A stretch of 64,000 nucleotides of DNA from Candidatus Limnocylindrales bacterium (GCA_035559535.1 DATMBG010000026.1:62001-126000); one strand, 5' to 3'. Positions 18,647 through 29,341 are shown, numbered from the stretch's first letter. The notes: generated from the letters alone by a model not told the origin. A program made the numbers and translations.

Positions 18647-21126
18647 ACGGGATCTAAGACGGTTTTGAAGATCTGGATTGCCTTTTCCAGAATACGCCGG
18701 GGGGTGTAACACGCCTCGTATCTTTTTCTTCCGGCCTTTCCCATTTGGGTGAGAAGTTTCGGGTTCTTCAGGAGAAACAAAATAGCTTCTGCAAGTTTTT
18801 CCGGATTTTGCTTTTCTACCAGAATCCCCGTAACCCCATCGATGACCGTTTCATCAATAACCCCCACGTTTTTTGTGGAAATAACTGGACAGCCTGCGGC
18901 CATGGCCTCAAGAATTACTAAAGGCTGTCCTTCGTACCAACTGGGGAACACAAATAAATCTGTGTCGTTAAGCAGGCGGAATTTGTCCTCCGCTGCTGTT
19001 ATTTGACCTAAGTATACCACGGCTCCCTTTAAAGCCTTTACAGACTCATCAAATTTACGTTGAATGGTTTCACACCTCAGGGAGGTAAAGGGATCATCTA
19101 CAAACTTTCCAGCTACTTGTAAGATAAATTCTCCCGGCGCTTTTTCATTTACCATTTTAATGGCCTCAAGTAAATCGAATATTCCCCTCGATTCGTATAA
19201 GTTTCCCAAGTAAGTCAGGACTTTTTGCTGTTTATGATCGTGTTTCTGAAAATTTTGACTATCCTGAAAGACAACAAAGTTAGGAAGTACAAAGATTCTA
19301 TCAGGAGGTAGCCATCCCTCGAAAATCCATCGTAATTTATCTCCCAGGACGATGGCCCCATCGCAGGCCCTTAGGGTCACATCAATGAATTTTTTAATAT
19401 ATCCGGGAGATTGATCGTAGAAGTTACGGAAATAACTTCCATGGAGATGGATTACTAGCCGGGTTTTAAACATTTTTCCCAGGAGTATAAAAAGCCCATC
19501 TCGTAAGTAAGCGAGGGTATTTTGGGCTATAGGAATATAAATAATCTCCGGTTTATATTTTATACAAAAATAAGCTTCCTGGACTAGGGAACTAAAGGCG
19601 GTAAAGAGATTTTTAAAATCCAATTTTCCCAGGTTATTAAGGTCATTTCTTTTATCCGATGTTTCCACGTGGAGAACTTCAAGTGCCGGACAGGTCGCCA
19701 GGGTTTCTAAAAAATCTTTAAAATAAATATTGGAGCCATGATAAGGTGGTGGGGTTGACCCGATTAATAAAATTTTCATCTTTTTAGAACCTTCAGCCCC
19801 CGAGTCTATGCCGACACTTTGATCACCGATTTGCATTTTTTCCCGTTTCTTAAGCGATTTTAATTTGTATACCATTCCCGCAAAAAACCACATAAAAAAT
19901 CCATAATAGGGATTCTCTAATACAACGTTGAAAAAAGCAAATACGGTCATGGCTAAAAGGGACATGCCGGCTACTATTATGAACGGATCCTTTTCTTTCA
20001 AACTTATCCTGAGGGCCTGTCCAAAAAAGAGGACTATAAAAAATAGACCCAGGAAGCCCGTTTTGTACAAAACTGCAATAAAGCTATTATGGAATCCAAT
20101 AACCGCTGCCGTCAACAGGTTCCCCGGTTTATCTGCTAACTCCAGTGGAGTGAGGGAAAACCCTTTACCCCACAATAAGTCGCCGGAATTTGTAGAAATG
20201 TCTGATAAAACCTTTTGCCAATAGGCCAGCCTTCCGGCGGCATTGGGATCATCCTTTGGGGTAAAAACAGAATACAGTCGATTATATATGGCCGACACAC
20301 CCGTCAATCCGGTCTTGCCAAAATAACCAGCAGAAAGGATAAGCATTATGCTCCCCAAGCCCCCCAGGACTATGATCCTGGGAAGTCCTTTCAAAAAACG
20401 TACAGGTCTTGTTAAGACAAACATTACAGGCGTAACGGCAAAGGCTATTATAGCAGATCGATGAAAATAAAAGAGTAGTACCCAACAGAGACAGAGGATT
20501 AGCCAGATAAGGGGTCTGATCGGAGTTCGTCTTCGGCTTAAAATTTCTGAGAGAGCCCAGGAGAAAACAAAAAAGTAAACTCCAAAATTCCCAAGCCCAA
20601 GGTAGTAAATACCCGGGGTAGAAGTTATAGACCCAAAATGGATGCCGGATATACTGGTCGGTAGGTTTATAAGGGTAAGAATCCAACTGAATAGAACGGA
20701 CAATTTGGCCACCTGGATAATCTTTTTAACATCCTTGCTCGACTTTAGAAAGTCACAGGTGACAAAGGCCAGGAGGATATAGAAAAACATCGTAGAATAT
20801 CTCAAAGCAAAAGCATCTGGCTTTCTCACGAGATTTAGAATTCCCAGGGCCAGAATTCCGGAAACAACCGTAACCGAGAAAGGATAGACTAAAAACTTTT
20901 CTCCCCTGAGGGCCTGGGAAACCTTATAAAGGAACCATATGAAAATAAGAAGCTCGGTTGGAAGAAGAGGAATACTTCCGGGAACCAGGACATATTTAGC
21001 GAAAGTCGAACTCAACACACTGAGCAAAATAAAATAAAGCAAGAAAGAAACCCGGAAAATGGTACTCAAAGCAGTAAATAAGAGGACATAAAGTCCAGAG
21101 CTGATCGAAGATGATTTACCGATCAT
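18634..21126 (-). CDS. Wzy/WaaL-like multi-TM protein fused to a GT4 glycosyltransferase
   Basis: N-half: TM-rich with HRSAII, GRLAYW, WGKGF, FHNSF..LYKTG; C-half from MKILLIG (19779): HLHG, FPSWYEGQPLVILEAMAAG. Confidence 0.8.
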   Translation of the reverse strand: MIGKSSSISSGLYVLLFTALSTIFRVSFLLYFILLSVLSSTFAKYVLVPGSIPLLPTELLIFIWFLYKVSQALRGEKFLVYPFSVTVVSGILALGILNLVRKPDAFALRYSTMFFYILLAFVTCDFLKSSKDVKKIIQVAKLSVLFSWILTLINLPTSISGIHFGSITSTPGIYYLGLGNFGVYFFVFSWALSEILSRRRTPIRPLIWLILCLCWVLLFYFHRSAIIAFAVTPVMFVLTRPVRFLKGLPRIIVLGGLGSIMLILSAGYFGKTGLTGVSAIYNRLYSVFTPKDDPNAAGRLAYWQKVLSDISTNSGDLLWGKGFSLTPLELADKPGNLLTAAVIGFHNSFIAVLYKTGFLGLFFIVLFFGQALRISLKEKDPFIIVAGMSLLAMTVFAFFNVVLENPYYGFFMWFFAGMVYKLKSLKKREKMQIGDQSVGIDSGAEGSKKMKILLIGSTPPPYHGSNIYFKDFLETLATCPALEVLHVETSDKRNDLNNLGKLDFKNLFTAFSSLVQEAYFCIKYKPEIIYIPIAQNTLAYLRDGLFILLGKMFKTRLVIHLHGSYFRNFYDQSPGYIKKFIDVTLRACDGAIVLGDKLRWIFEGWLPPDRIFVLPNFVVFQDSQNFQKHDHKQQKVLTYLGNLYESRGIFDLLEAIKMVNEKAPGEFILQVAGKFVDDPFTSLRCETIQRKFDESVKALKGAVVYLGQITAAEDKFRLLNDTDLFVFPSWYEGQPLVILEAMAAGCPVISTKNVGVIDETVIDGVTGILVEKQNPEKLAEAILFLLKNPKLLTQMGKAGRKRYEACYTPRRILEKAIQIFKTVLDPVCVA

Positions 21127-22199
21127 AGGGATATTCCCAAGACTTTACGGAAAAACAAAAGTTTTTCCCTTTCTTTAAGGCCCACATCCAGGTGGGTTAT
21201 CTCCTGGCGGGGGACCCTTTGACCTTTCCAGGTATTTACGAATTGCTCTATAGCAGAGACCTGTTCTCTGGCCCCTTGAGGGGTATTGGGTAGACGGAGC
21301 AGATAAGGTACAGGTTGTGGAAAGTCCGTATCCTGATAGCCGATGATGGCCGGAATTCCATAAGCCAGGTATTCCCGGACCTTGAGGGGAGAGGCTTCAT
21401 CCATCTTTTTTCGATACAGGGCTAAAGTTCCTATGGCTATATCGGATTGAGCCAGGATTTTCTCATACCGGGTACGGTTTAACAGACCATGTGCCGATAG
21501 ATTGGGAAGCGATTTCCCCCGTAAATCAGGATCGGAGGCTTCCACACCGATTAAATCAAAATGCCAGGAGGTGAAGTGACCGGCCAGCCAGAAGATTTGG
21601 TCAATCCCATGCCAGGAGTGTCCGGGAGAACCTAAAAAAACAAGCCTGGGATTGGGATTTTTGGGAACAGGAAGCGGAGAATAGCGGGAAAGATCGATCC
21701 CGTTTGCGACTACCACCATGGGCTTTCGGTAGGGGCTCAGTCTCTCCGCAATTTCATGGGAAACACAAACCAAACCACAGGCTTTTCTTAAGATCCGGTC
21801 TCGGGTTAAAAGATGATAGAGATATCTAAACCTGGAATAGCGGGTACGGGCCTCTGCAAGATCATCGGTATTCATCTCCAGAAAAGTGGGAACAGAGGCC
21901 ATGAGCCGTTCCAGGGAAGGATAATAGGTGCTAAAGCGCAGATACGTCAGGTCGGGTTTCCAGGCAAGGATATGCTGGACGATCTCATGGGCCTTAAGAA
22001 ACCGGCTGAGAAGGGTACCCCTGGAAACCACTTCCATGGAAAGCCGGTTTAAGTCTTCCCAGATTTGGGAGCCCGGTGAGAGGGCAAAGAGTTTCACTTC
22101 ATTTCCCTCCCGGATCCAAACCTCTATCTGGTCCAGGATTTTCTTCAGAATGCCGCTTTCCCGGCTTAAATCCCAATGGATGAGATAAGCAATTTTCAT
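21123..22199 (-). CDS. GT4-like glycosyltransferase
   Basis: SGILKKI, VANGIDL, WHGIDQI, SPLKVREYLAYGIP. Confidence 0.8.
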   Translation of the reverse strand: MKIAYLIHWDLSRESGILKKILDQIEVWIREGNEVKLFALSPGSQIWEDLNRLSMEVVSRGTLLSRFLKAHEIVQHILAWKPDLTYLRFSTYYPSLERLMASVPTFLEMNTDDLAEARTRYSRFRYLYHLLTRDRILRKACGLVCVSHEIAERLSPYRKPMVVVANGIDLSRYSPLPVPKNPNPRLVFLGSPGHSWHGIDQIFWLAGHFTSWHFDLIGVEASDPDLRGKSLPNLSAHGLLNRTRYEKILAQSDIAIGTLALYRKKMDEASPLKVREYLAYGIPAIIGYQDTDFPQPVPYLLRLPNTPQGAREQVSAIEQFVNTWKGQRVPRQEITHLDVGLKEREKLLFFRKVLGISL

Positions 22200-23383
22200 C
22201 GGCGGGTTTCTCCTAAAAGCTGTTGATATAACTCAACCACTTTACCCATCTCTGTATCGGCGTTGAGCTGCCTGGCCACCTCCCGTGCAGCCTGTTGCAT
22301 AGCCATTAATTGGTTTATGTTCAGTTGATTCAACATATGGGCTACATCGGAAGGATTAAAGGTCGGCGCCACACAACCAAAGCCATATTGACGAACCAGT
22401 TCGGCCATGGAGGGTGACGGTCCAATACATACTGCCAGACCTGCTACGATAAAGTCAAAAAATTTATTAGGAAGGGCTGCGCTATTATTGAAATTACCGG
22501 GCTCAAGGAGATAGAAACCCATATCATACTCCGAGATTCGTTCCACAACTTCTCCAGGGGCCACCGGATTATGGAAAAAGACCCGACCTGGAGCCACCTC
22601 ATCGGCCAGCTTTTTGAGATATTGCAAATAAGAGGGATCATTATCCATAAGCATAAAATGCAGACTATACCGTCGATCACACCAAGCTAATGTTTCTATC
22701 ATCCTCTCCAACCGTCGATCTCGTATCGAAGAACCATGGTGGATTAATCGAATGTCATCGGGATTTAATTTCTTAGGTGCCACATCTACATACTCCGGCG
22801 CGTTGAGTACCACCAGGGGATTTAAATTAAATTCTTGCCGGTATCTCTTTGCAAGAAGCGGAGCTACGGTCGTCGAAGCGTCTATCCAGTGGGCATATCT
22901 GTGCAGAATATAACGGATAGCCGGTGAATAAAGCAATCGCCAGTATCGGCGATCTTCAAACTCAAGGGGTCCATACTCATGGGCATCAAACACCAGTCTG
23001 GCCTGATGTCTTCTGGCTGCCTCAGCAGCTACCGGCAGGGCTTCCCAATCATTGGCATGAAAGGCATCACCTGGACTTGCCATGGCATGTTCAAGCGCCT
23101 GCCTGTGATGTAGTCTTCTCCAGTACCAATAATCATAGAAAGAGGGTCGCAATCTTCCCAATAGCATCAGTAAAATCAGTTCACTAAACTTCTGGGTCAG
23201 GGTGAGGGGTTTTCTAACCACAGATATCCACTTAATGCCTTGTTTATCCTTCCAGTCCGGATGAGGCGGGCCGTAGCCGATAACGGTTAAGTCGTACACC
23301 CGGGAAAGATATTTAATCTGCCTCAGCACCCGTCCATCCCGGTAGATAGGCGAAAAAGAGATAATACAGACGGATTTTTTCAT
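22196..23383 (-). CDS. GT4-like glycosyltransferase
   Basis: DGRVLRQ, HAND, FDAHE, ALPNKFFDFIVAGL. Confidence 0.8.
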   Translation of the reverse strand: MKKSVCIISFSPIYRDGRVLRQIKYLSRVYDLTVIGYGPPHPDWKDKQGIKWISVVRKPLTLTQKFSELILLMLLGRLRPSFYDYWYWRRLHHRQALEHAMASPGDAFHANDWEALPVAAEAARRHQARLVFDAHEYGPLEFEDRRYWRLLYSPAIRYILHRYAHWIDASTTVAPLLAKRYRQEFNLNPLVVLNAPEYVDVAPKKLNPDDIRLIHHGSSIRDRRLERMIETLAWCDRRYSLHFMLMDNDPSYLQYLKKLADEVAPGRVFFHNPVAPGEVVERISEYDMGFYLLEPGNFNNSAALPNKFFDFIVAGLAVCIGPSPSMAELVRQYGFGCVAPTFNPSDVAHMLNQLNINQLMAMQQAAREVARQLNADTEMGKVVELYQQLLGETRR

Positions 23384-23397
23384 CTTTTACAAAGCAT

Positions 23398-24495
23398 TCA
23401 GGAGGCCTTTAACAGTTCCGAAATGATTAATCCGGCAGCCTTTCCATCGCCATAAAGCCCCACAGGATAAGGTAATTCCCTTGGGGAGGTTAGTACCGTC
23501 TTGATACTTTCAGCTATCAGTTGGGCACTCACAGGAGGAACCAGTTGATTCCAGCCTAAATTTACCAATTCCACCCATTCGGTTTCCTCTCGTAAGGTTA
23601 TGCAGGGAACCCGATAGAAGAAGGCTTCCTTTTGGACCCCTCCCGAGTCTGTAACAATTACCCGGGCCTGTTTCTCCAGCAGAACCATATCCAGATATCC
23701 CACCGGTTCCATAAATCGGACAAAACGGGATACTTCTCCCAACAGATCTTCTTGTTGGAGCACGGTACGGGTACGGGGGTGAAGAGGTAAAATGAAGGGG
23801 ATATCCCTGGCCACAGAAACCAACCCCTCAAAAATAGTCCGTAATCGGGCAGGATTATCGGTATTTTCCGCCCGATGGATGGTGCACAGGATATATCCCT
23901 TCGATTCCAGACCCAGTTGTTCCAGAATGCGGCTTTCCTTCTCGGCTTTAGCTCCGTAATAGAGGGCTGCATCGTACATGACGTCTCCGACCAGACGGAT
24001 TTTATTTTCAGAAATTCCTTCCCGGTGTAGATTGTTCACCGCAGTCTGGGTTGGAGCGAAAAGCAAATCAGAAGCATGATCGGTCAGAACCCGATTGATT
24101 TCCTCCGGCATCCGCCGATTGAACGAACGTAGACCTGCCTCTACATGGGCTACCGGAATATGGAGTTTGACAGCGGCCAGGGCTCCGGCCAGTGTAGAGT
24201 TGGTATCGCCATAAACCAATACCCATTGAGGTTTTTCCTTGAGCAAAACCTGCTCAATCTCTTCCAGCATTCGTCCAGTTTGGAATCCATGGGTTCCCGA
24301 ACCTATTCCGAGGTGATAATCCGGTTGAGGAATTTCCAGTTCCTCAAAAAATATCCTGGACAGATTATCATCATAATGCTGGTCTGTATGAACCAATATC
24401 TCCTTTATTCCCTGGGTGGTACCTGTGATTCGAGAGATGGTTGCTGCTTTAATAAACTGAGGTCGCGCCCCAACGATGGTTATAATCCGTAGCAC
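23398..24495 (-). CDS. wecB: Non-hydrolysing UDP-GlcNAc-type 2-epimerase (WecB/WbpI-like)
   Basis: IVGARPQFIK, GDTNST, HVEAGLRS, PEEINR, HRAEN, DSGGVQKEA; GTG start at 24495 with AGGAGG upstream. Confidence 0.92.
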   Translation of the reverse strand: MLRIITIVGARPQFIKAATISRITGTTQGIKEILVHTDQHYDDNLSRIFFEELEIPQPDYHLGIGSGTHGFQTGRMLEEIEQVLLKEKPQWVLVYGDTNSTLAGALAAVKLHIPVAHVEAGLRSFNRRMPEEINRVLTDHASDLLFAPTQTAVNNLHREGISENKIRLVGDVMYDAALYYGAKAEKESRILEQLGLESKGYILCTIHRAENTDNPARLRTIFEGLVSVARDIPFILPLHPRTRTVLQQEDLLGEVSRFVRFMEPVGYLDMVLLEKQARVIVTDSGGVQKEAFFYRVPCITLREETEWVELVNLGWNQLVPPVSAQLIAESIKTVLTSPRELPYPVGLYGDGKAAGLIISELLKAS

Positions 24496-24505
24496 TTTAC
24501 CCTCC

Positions 24506-26479
24506 TTACTTGAAATTAACCCCATATTGCTCAACCCATCGGATCAGGTTAATCCAGCGCCATACCCGAAAATCGAAATGCTTATTTCCCTGGAGAATGG
24601 CCTGCCATTCCCTTTTTATTTCCTTCAAGTTCAACACCGGGATCTGTAAAGCCGTTTCACTTTGCAGGACTTTTTCTATCCAGGATTGCAGGCCGATTAG
24701 CCAGTCCTGCTCGGGTGTAGCAAAGCCGATTTTATCCCGACGATCCAAAACCGTATCCGGGACCAGACCCCGCATAGCCCGTCGAAATATAGATTTGCTG
24801 GTACCATCTGGAGCGATGATATATTCTTCGGGTAGAGAAAGAATAAAGTTTACCAAGGTTTGTGTCAGGAAAGGCACCCGACTCTCGATGGAAAAGGCCA
24901 TGGAGTTACGATCTTCATAACGGAGCAGCATAGGAAGGCTTGTTTCTGTAACCGTCTGATAAAGGTGTTCTCGTAAGACTTCTCGCCGGTAACTTTGTTG
25001 AAGAGGTCTGAGGATCACACCTCGTTCACCGAGCCAGGTGGCATTCAACCAGGGAGGAGCCAGATCCTTTCCGATCAATCGTCTGGCTAAAATCTGGAAA
25101 CGGGCAGGGATCAGTACTCCTGCGGTGTTAAGAAGAAGATCCAGATGGCTGGATCCGGGCAATTTTGAAGCATGGCGTAAGAACCGACCTGCCTTGATCC
25201 ATTGTCCCTGGTTTAATAGAGAAGCCAGTCGGGAGGCCAGATAAGGTCGGTATCCCCCCAGGAGTTCATCGGCTCCCTGTCCATCCAGCATAACCTTGAT
25301 GCCGGCTTCATGGGCGAGCCGGAATACCCGGTACTGGGCATAAATACTGGTACTACCAAACGGTTCATCCTGGATAGAGATGAGATGTTCCAGATCTGTG
25401 GTGAGTTCCTGGGGTCCCGGTTGGATCTTATGGACTACCGCTCCGGAGGCTTTACCTATCAGGTCTACCCAGGGTTCCTCATTGATAGTTGGATGGTCGG
25501 CTATATGGCTGAAAGTATGAAGTTCAAGCTCTTTACCCTGGATATGCCGCATCGCCATGACAATGGAAGAAGAGTCGATACCACCGGAAAGGGCCGCTCC
25601 TACCGGGACATCACTTCGCAAATGGAGTCGAACGTTCTCCAAAAAGAGTTCTCGCAATTGCCGGGAGGCTTCTTCAAATGAAAGTTCAAGCCGTGAATTC
25701 GGATCTATCTGCCAGTAACGTAGGGGCTTAACCCCCTGGGGACGGTCCAAAGGAATTTCGAGATAATGGGCTGCGGGGAGTTGGTAGATCTGGGCAAAAA
25801 GAGTTTCCCGACCATGATCAGTAAGGCCAAAACGCAAATAATCATAGAGTCGCTGCGGGTTAACCTGACGGTCCACTTCAGGAAGTTCAAGAAGGGCTTT
25901 GATTTCAGAGGCAAAGGCAAAGCCCTCCTGCAGAAAAGTATAGTACAGGGGCTTAATACCGAAAAAATCACGGGCTAAAAATACCTTTTGTTCCCGGGTA
26001 TCCAGGATGGCCCATGCAAACATGCCGGTCAATCGAGTGAGGGCCTGAAGTCCCCAGTGACAGTAGGCCGTGAGCAATACCTCCGTATCGGAATGGGTAT
26101 AAAACCGATATCCGGCAGTTTCCAGCTCCCGACGTAATTCCAGATAATTATATATCTCCCCATTAAAGACAATCCAAAACCGACCATCTGGACTCCCCAT
26201 GGGTTGATGACCCCCAGGGGAAAGATCCAGAATGGCCAGACGTCGGAAACCTAGCACCCCGTTGAACGGGTGATCAAAGAATTCCTCAATACCGGGTAGA
26301 CTGAGTCGTGGATCGGTATCTCTACCCCCACAGGGTATTCTTCTCCCGGATGGCACATGGACCAGTAAATAACCCTCATCATCCGGTCCACGATGGCGCA
26401 GGCAGGCTGTGACCCGTTGAGCCATTTCCAGATCTACCGATTTGTTACCTGTATACCAGATACCAAAGATCCCGCACAT
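24506..26479 (-). CDS. asnB: AsnB-family amidotransferase #2
   Basis: MCGIFG, HRGPDDEG, NGEIYN, LSGGIDSS, DGQGADE, LLRYEDRNSMAFSIESRVPF. Confidence 0.92.
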   Translation of the reverse strand: MCGIFGIWYTGNKSVDLEMAQRVTACLRHRGPDDEGYLLVHVPSGRRIPCGGRDTDPRLSLPGIEEFFDHPFNGVLGFRRLAILDLSPGGHQPMGSPDGRFWIVFNGEIYNYLELRRELETAGYRFYTHSDTEVLLTAYCHWGLQALTRLTGMFAWAILDTREQKVFLARDFFGIKPLYYTFLQEGFAFASEIKALLELPEVDRQVNPQRLYDYLRFGLTDHGRETLFAQIYQLPAAHYLEIPLDRPQGVKPLRYWQIDPNSRLELSFEEASRQLRELFLENVRLHLRSDVPVGAALSGGIDSSSIVMAMRHIQGKELELHTFSHIADHPTINEEPWVDLIGKASGAVVHKIQPGPQELTTDLEHLISIQDEPFGSTSIYAQYRVFRLAHEAGIKVMLDGQGADELLGGYRPYLASRLASLLNQGQWIKAGRFLRHASKLPGSSHLDLLLNTAGVLIPARFQILARRLIGKDLAPPWLNATWLGERGVILRPLQQSYRREVLREHLYQTVTETSLPMLLRYEDRNSMAFSIESRVPFLTQTLVNFILSLPEEYIIAPDGTSKSIFRRAMRGLVPDTVLDRRDKIGFATPEQDWLIGLQSWIEKVLQSETALQIPVLNLKEIKREWQAILQGNKHFDFRVWRWINLIRWVEQYGVNFK

Positions 26480-26510
26480 GATTGAACTCCTTCTAAAAAC
26501 CGTCTATCCG

Positions 26511-26538
26511 GTAGGGGCGCAATACCTTGTGCCCGTAC
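26511..26538 (+). repeat. GTAG-REP-like palindrome family A (degenerate)
   Basis: GTAGGGGCGCAATACCTTGTGCCCGTAC. Confidence 0.65.
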
Positions 26539-26574
26539 TAGTTTCCTTATTTTGCAAATTTTGTAAACTTTAAT

Positions 26575-27825
26575 TTAAAGTTTTACCCATACCTCCTCAT
26601 AGACTCGGGATATATTTCGCAGAAAGGCCTCTTCACCAAATCGATCTTTCACACTCTGGCGTATCAGGTGGGGATCATATTTAACTTTTCCTAAAATAAA
26701 CCTTTCCATGGCATCGGCAAGGGCTTCTGGATTGGCCACTTCCACCAGTATCCCTGTATTGGGCGTTACCGTATATTCAGGACCTCCACAGCGGGTTGAA
26801 ATGACCGGTTTACCGCAGGCCATTGCCTCGCACAGCGCAATACAAAAAGATTCATGGAGACTGGGCATCACAAAAACATCACATTGCTGAATCCAGTTCC
26901 TGACTTCCAGGGGGGTCAGTAAACCCAAGAAACGACATCGATCCGATAGCCCTGAGGCCCGGGCCATCTGTTCCAGCCTGGGCCGTTCCGGGCCATCTCC
27001 GCCGATGATCAATTCAAAGGACTGTACTCCCCGCTGCACAAGGAGTTTTGCAGCCTCCAGCAGATAAACAAGTCCCTTGACTTCTGTCAGTAACGCGATA
27101 GACAGAAAGCGCGTTAAGGATCCAGCAGGTTGTCCGGCTTTATCGCCTGAGACTACAAAGAATTCCGTCTTGACAACTTCGCCTATAACACTGACCGGAA
27201 TGGGATTCTGGACGGCCTGGATTTGTCGTAACAGAGCAGGACTTACTGCAATAACATGGTTAACTTGTTGGAATGTTGTTTTCACCAAATACCGTTGATA
27301 GTGGGTTTGCAGGTGCACGGAAAACGGGCCGGAATGTTCAGTCAGCACCACGGGAACACCGTATCGTTTCCCTAAATTGGCAGCGGCCCATCCCCCAGGC
27401 AAGACCACGTGGGCATGGATAATATCCGGTTTGCCCCATGTGGCGAGTATTGCCTCAAAACCCCGTTTGGCTGCCCGACCATAACTATCAAAATACCAGG
27501 CATAAATAATATCTTCAACATCCCTATAAATTTCAGGATGGTGTCTGGTCACCCGATGATAGATCTCATACACCTGGGCCAGGACCCGGGGCTTATAGAT
27601 CAATCCTCGCTCACGGTAAACGGTTAATCCTGCACGCTGCTCTATGTGCGATTTTGGTCCTGCACGCCCTTTTAAAACTTCCCGCCATCCGGCCGGTTTC
27701 GGCACCAAGACCGTTACATCGTATTTCCTGGATAAAATTACAGCCTGGTCCTGAATAAAGATACCGCTAACCGGAGAAGTATCAGTGGGATACCAGGAGG
27801 CCAGAATGAGAACTTTTCGCTTCAT
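26575..27825 (-). CDS. GT4 glycosyltransferase
   Basis: ASWYP...GIF, IIHAH, LTEHS, PSLHESFCIALCEAMACGKPV. Confidence 0.9.
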   Translation of the reverse strand: MKRKVLILASWYPTDTSPVSGIFIQDQAVILSRKYDVTVLVPKPAGWREVLKGRAGPKSHIEQRAGLTVYRERGLIYKPRVLAQVYEIYHRVTRHHPEIYRDVEDIIYAWYFDSYGRAAKRGFEAILATWGKPDIIHAHVVLPGGWAAANLGKRYGVPVVLTEHSGPFSVHLQTHYQRYLVKTTFQQVNHVIAVSPALLRQIQAVQNPIPVSVIGEVVKTEFFVVSGDKAGQPAGSLTRFLSIALLTEVKGLVYLLEAAKLLVQRGVQSFELIIGGDGPERPRLEQMARASGLSDRCRFLGLLTPLEVRNWIQQCDVFVMPSLHESFCIALCEAMACGKPVISTRCGGPEYTVTPNTGILVEVANPEALADAMERFILGKVKYDPHLIRQSVKDRFGEEAFLRNISRVYEEVWVKL

Positions 27826-27826
27826 C

Positions 27827-29341
27827 TCAACCTTCCTTTTGAGGGGATGTACGCTTGACTAGCTTCTGCAATAATAAAATAACCCCTCCTATATCTTCTG
27901 AAGTCAGTAACAGGACCTGCCGGACAGGTACTTTCGATTTTCGGGTGAAGATTTCCAGGGTCAAAAGAGCACTTATAGAGTAAGAGAAAGTACTGGCTAT
28001 TGCAGCCCCGAAGATATCGAAGCGTGGAATTAACCATAAATCGAAGATAACCGTTACAACCAGTCCCACCGAAGAAACGGCCAAATTAAGCTGGGGTTTT
28101 CCGATTCCGGCGATGTATGAGGCAAGAACATTTACCACACTAAAGGCGACAATCCCAGGTAACAACCCCAGAAGCGGAGTTATACTTTGTCGAAAAGCTT
28201 CACCGTATACCCATGGCAATATCTGATCGGCAAGTAAAGCCAAGAATAGAGCCGATATAAAGCTTAGCCAGAAACTGACACGGGTGATTTGAGTTGTACG
28301 GGTCACATTCTCCGAGACGATATCCTGCAAAGCAGCGACTCTAGGCAGCAGGACGGTAGCCGCTGCATTAGAGATTAACCAGATGAGCTGGGCCAGGCTG
28401 ACGGCAAGCGTATAAAGTCCAACCCCTTTTACACCGACGAAGAAGCTGACAATGAAAACATCCAGACGATAGTTAAGGAACTGGATTAGGTTAGCCAGGT
28501 AACAGGGAAAGGCATATCTCAGAATCTCTCCGAAGCCACTGGTATCCCGTGTCGATAAGTAGAATAAAGACCTCCACGGAGAGGAAGGTGAGGGGCTTTC
28601 CGGGGTAGGTTTGTTGGATCTGACCTCTCCGACTCCCTCACCCCCTTTCCCCCTCTCCTGAAGCTTCAGGAGAGGGGGGGAGGAGGGGTATAATACTCTC
28701 AAGAAGATGAGATTGGTTAAAATTATTACGGCTACATTGATCCATATAAATATGGGTGGCGAAGGTTGGTGTTTTAGTAAGATCAGAATTCCAATTCCGG
28801 CCAGTAGCAAAACGGGTTGCAGTACCCGACTCAAGAGATCAGCCTTGTTAGCCAGGGTAATTTGTTGAAGACCGATCAATATGGCACGCCAGTAGCCGGA
28901 TAACAGACTAAAAACAAGAGAAATAACGATGGCCGTGATGATCCCGTTTCCCGTCTGAGGAGGTAAGAACAGAGTAGAATAACCGGTATATGGAAGAGTA
29001 TATAGCAACATGACCGCTAGAAGACCTTGCAGCAGAGCGGTCAATATCAACTTCAAAAACAGTAAATCGAGAGCCGCCTTCCCTCGTGCCACCACGTAGG
29101 TTATACCCGATGGGATTGAAAAACCCAGTATCATACTTAATAACGTCGTGGTTACCAATACCAGATCATAGCTACCCTTGCCGGCCGGACCCAGTGTTCG
29201 AGCAATCAAAATACTGCTTACGAGTCCTAATGGGATCGAAATAACACTGGTTCCCAGGGTATGAAGGCTACTGAACCACAACGAGGTTTTGGTAGTAGAC
29301 CAGATGGTGGAATTTTCCAACGAACCCTCTTTGCTATTCAT
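27827..29341 (-). CDS. wzx: Wzx-type flippase with repeat-derived in-frame insert
   Basis: ARTLGPAGKG, LNYRLD, VGLYTLA, LIPRFDIFGAAIAST; about 12-14 TMs. Confidence 0.88.
   Translation of the reverse strand: MNSKEGSLENSTIWSTTKTSLWFSSLHTLGTSVISIPLGLVSSILIARTLGPAGKGSYDLVLVTTTLLSMILGFSIPSGITYVVARGKAALDLLFLKLILTALLQGLLAVMLLYTLPYTGYSTLFLPPQTGNGIITAIVISLVFSLLSGYWRAILIGLQQITLANKADLLSRVLQPVLLLAGIGILILLKHQPSPPIFIWINVAVIILTNLIFLRVLYPSSPPLLKLQERGKGGEGVGEVRSNKPTPESPSPSSPWRSLFYLSTRDTSGFGEILRYAFPCYLANLIQFLNYRLDVFIVSFFVGVKGVGLYTLAVSLAQLIWLISNAAATVLLPRVAALQDIVSENVTRTTQITRVSFWLSFISALFLALLADQILPWVYGEAFRQSITPLLGLLPGIVAFSVVNVLASYIAGIGKPQLNLAVSSVGLVVTVIFDLWLIPRFDIFGAAIASTFSYSISALLTLEIFTRKSKVPVRQVLLLTSEDIGGVILLLQKLVKRTSPQKEG
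28649..28678. repeat. Perfect 30-bp palindrome inside wzx
   Basis: CCCCCTCTCCTGAAGCTTCAGGAGAGGGGG equals its reverse complement; degenerate copy near 62750-62777. Confidence 0.88.
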
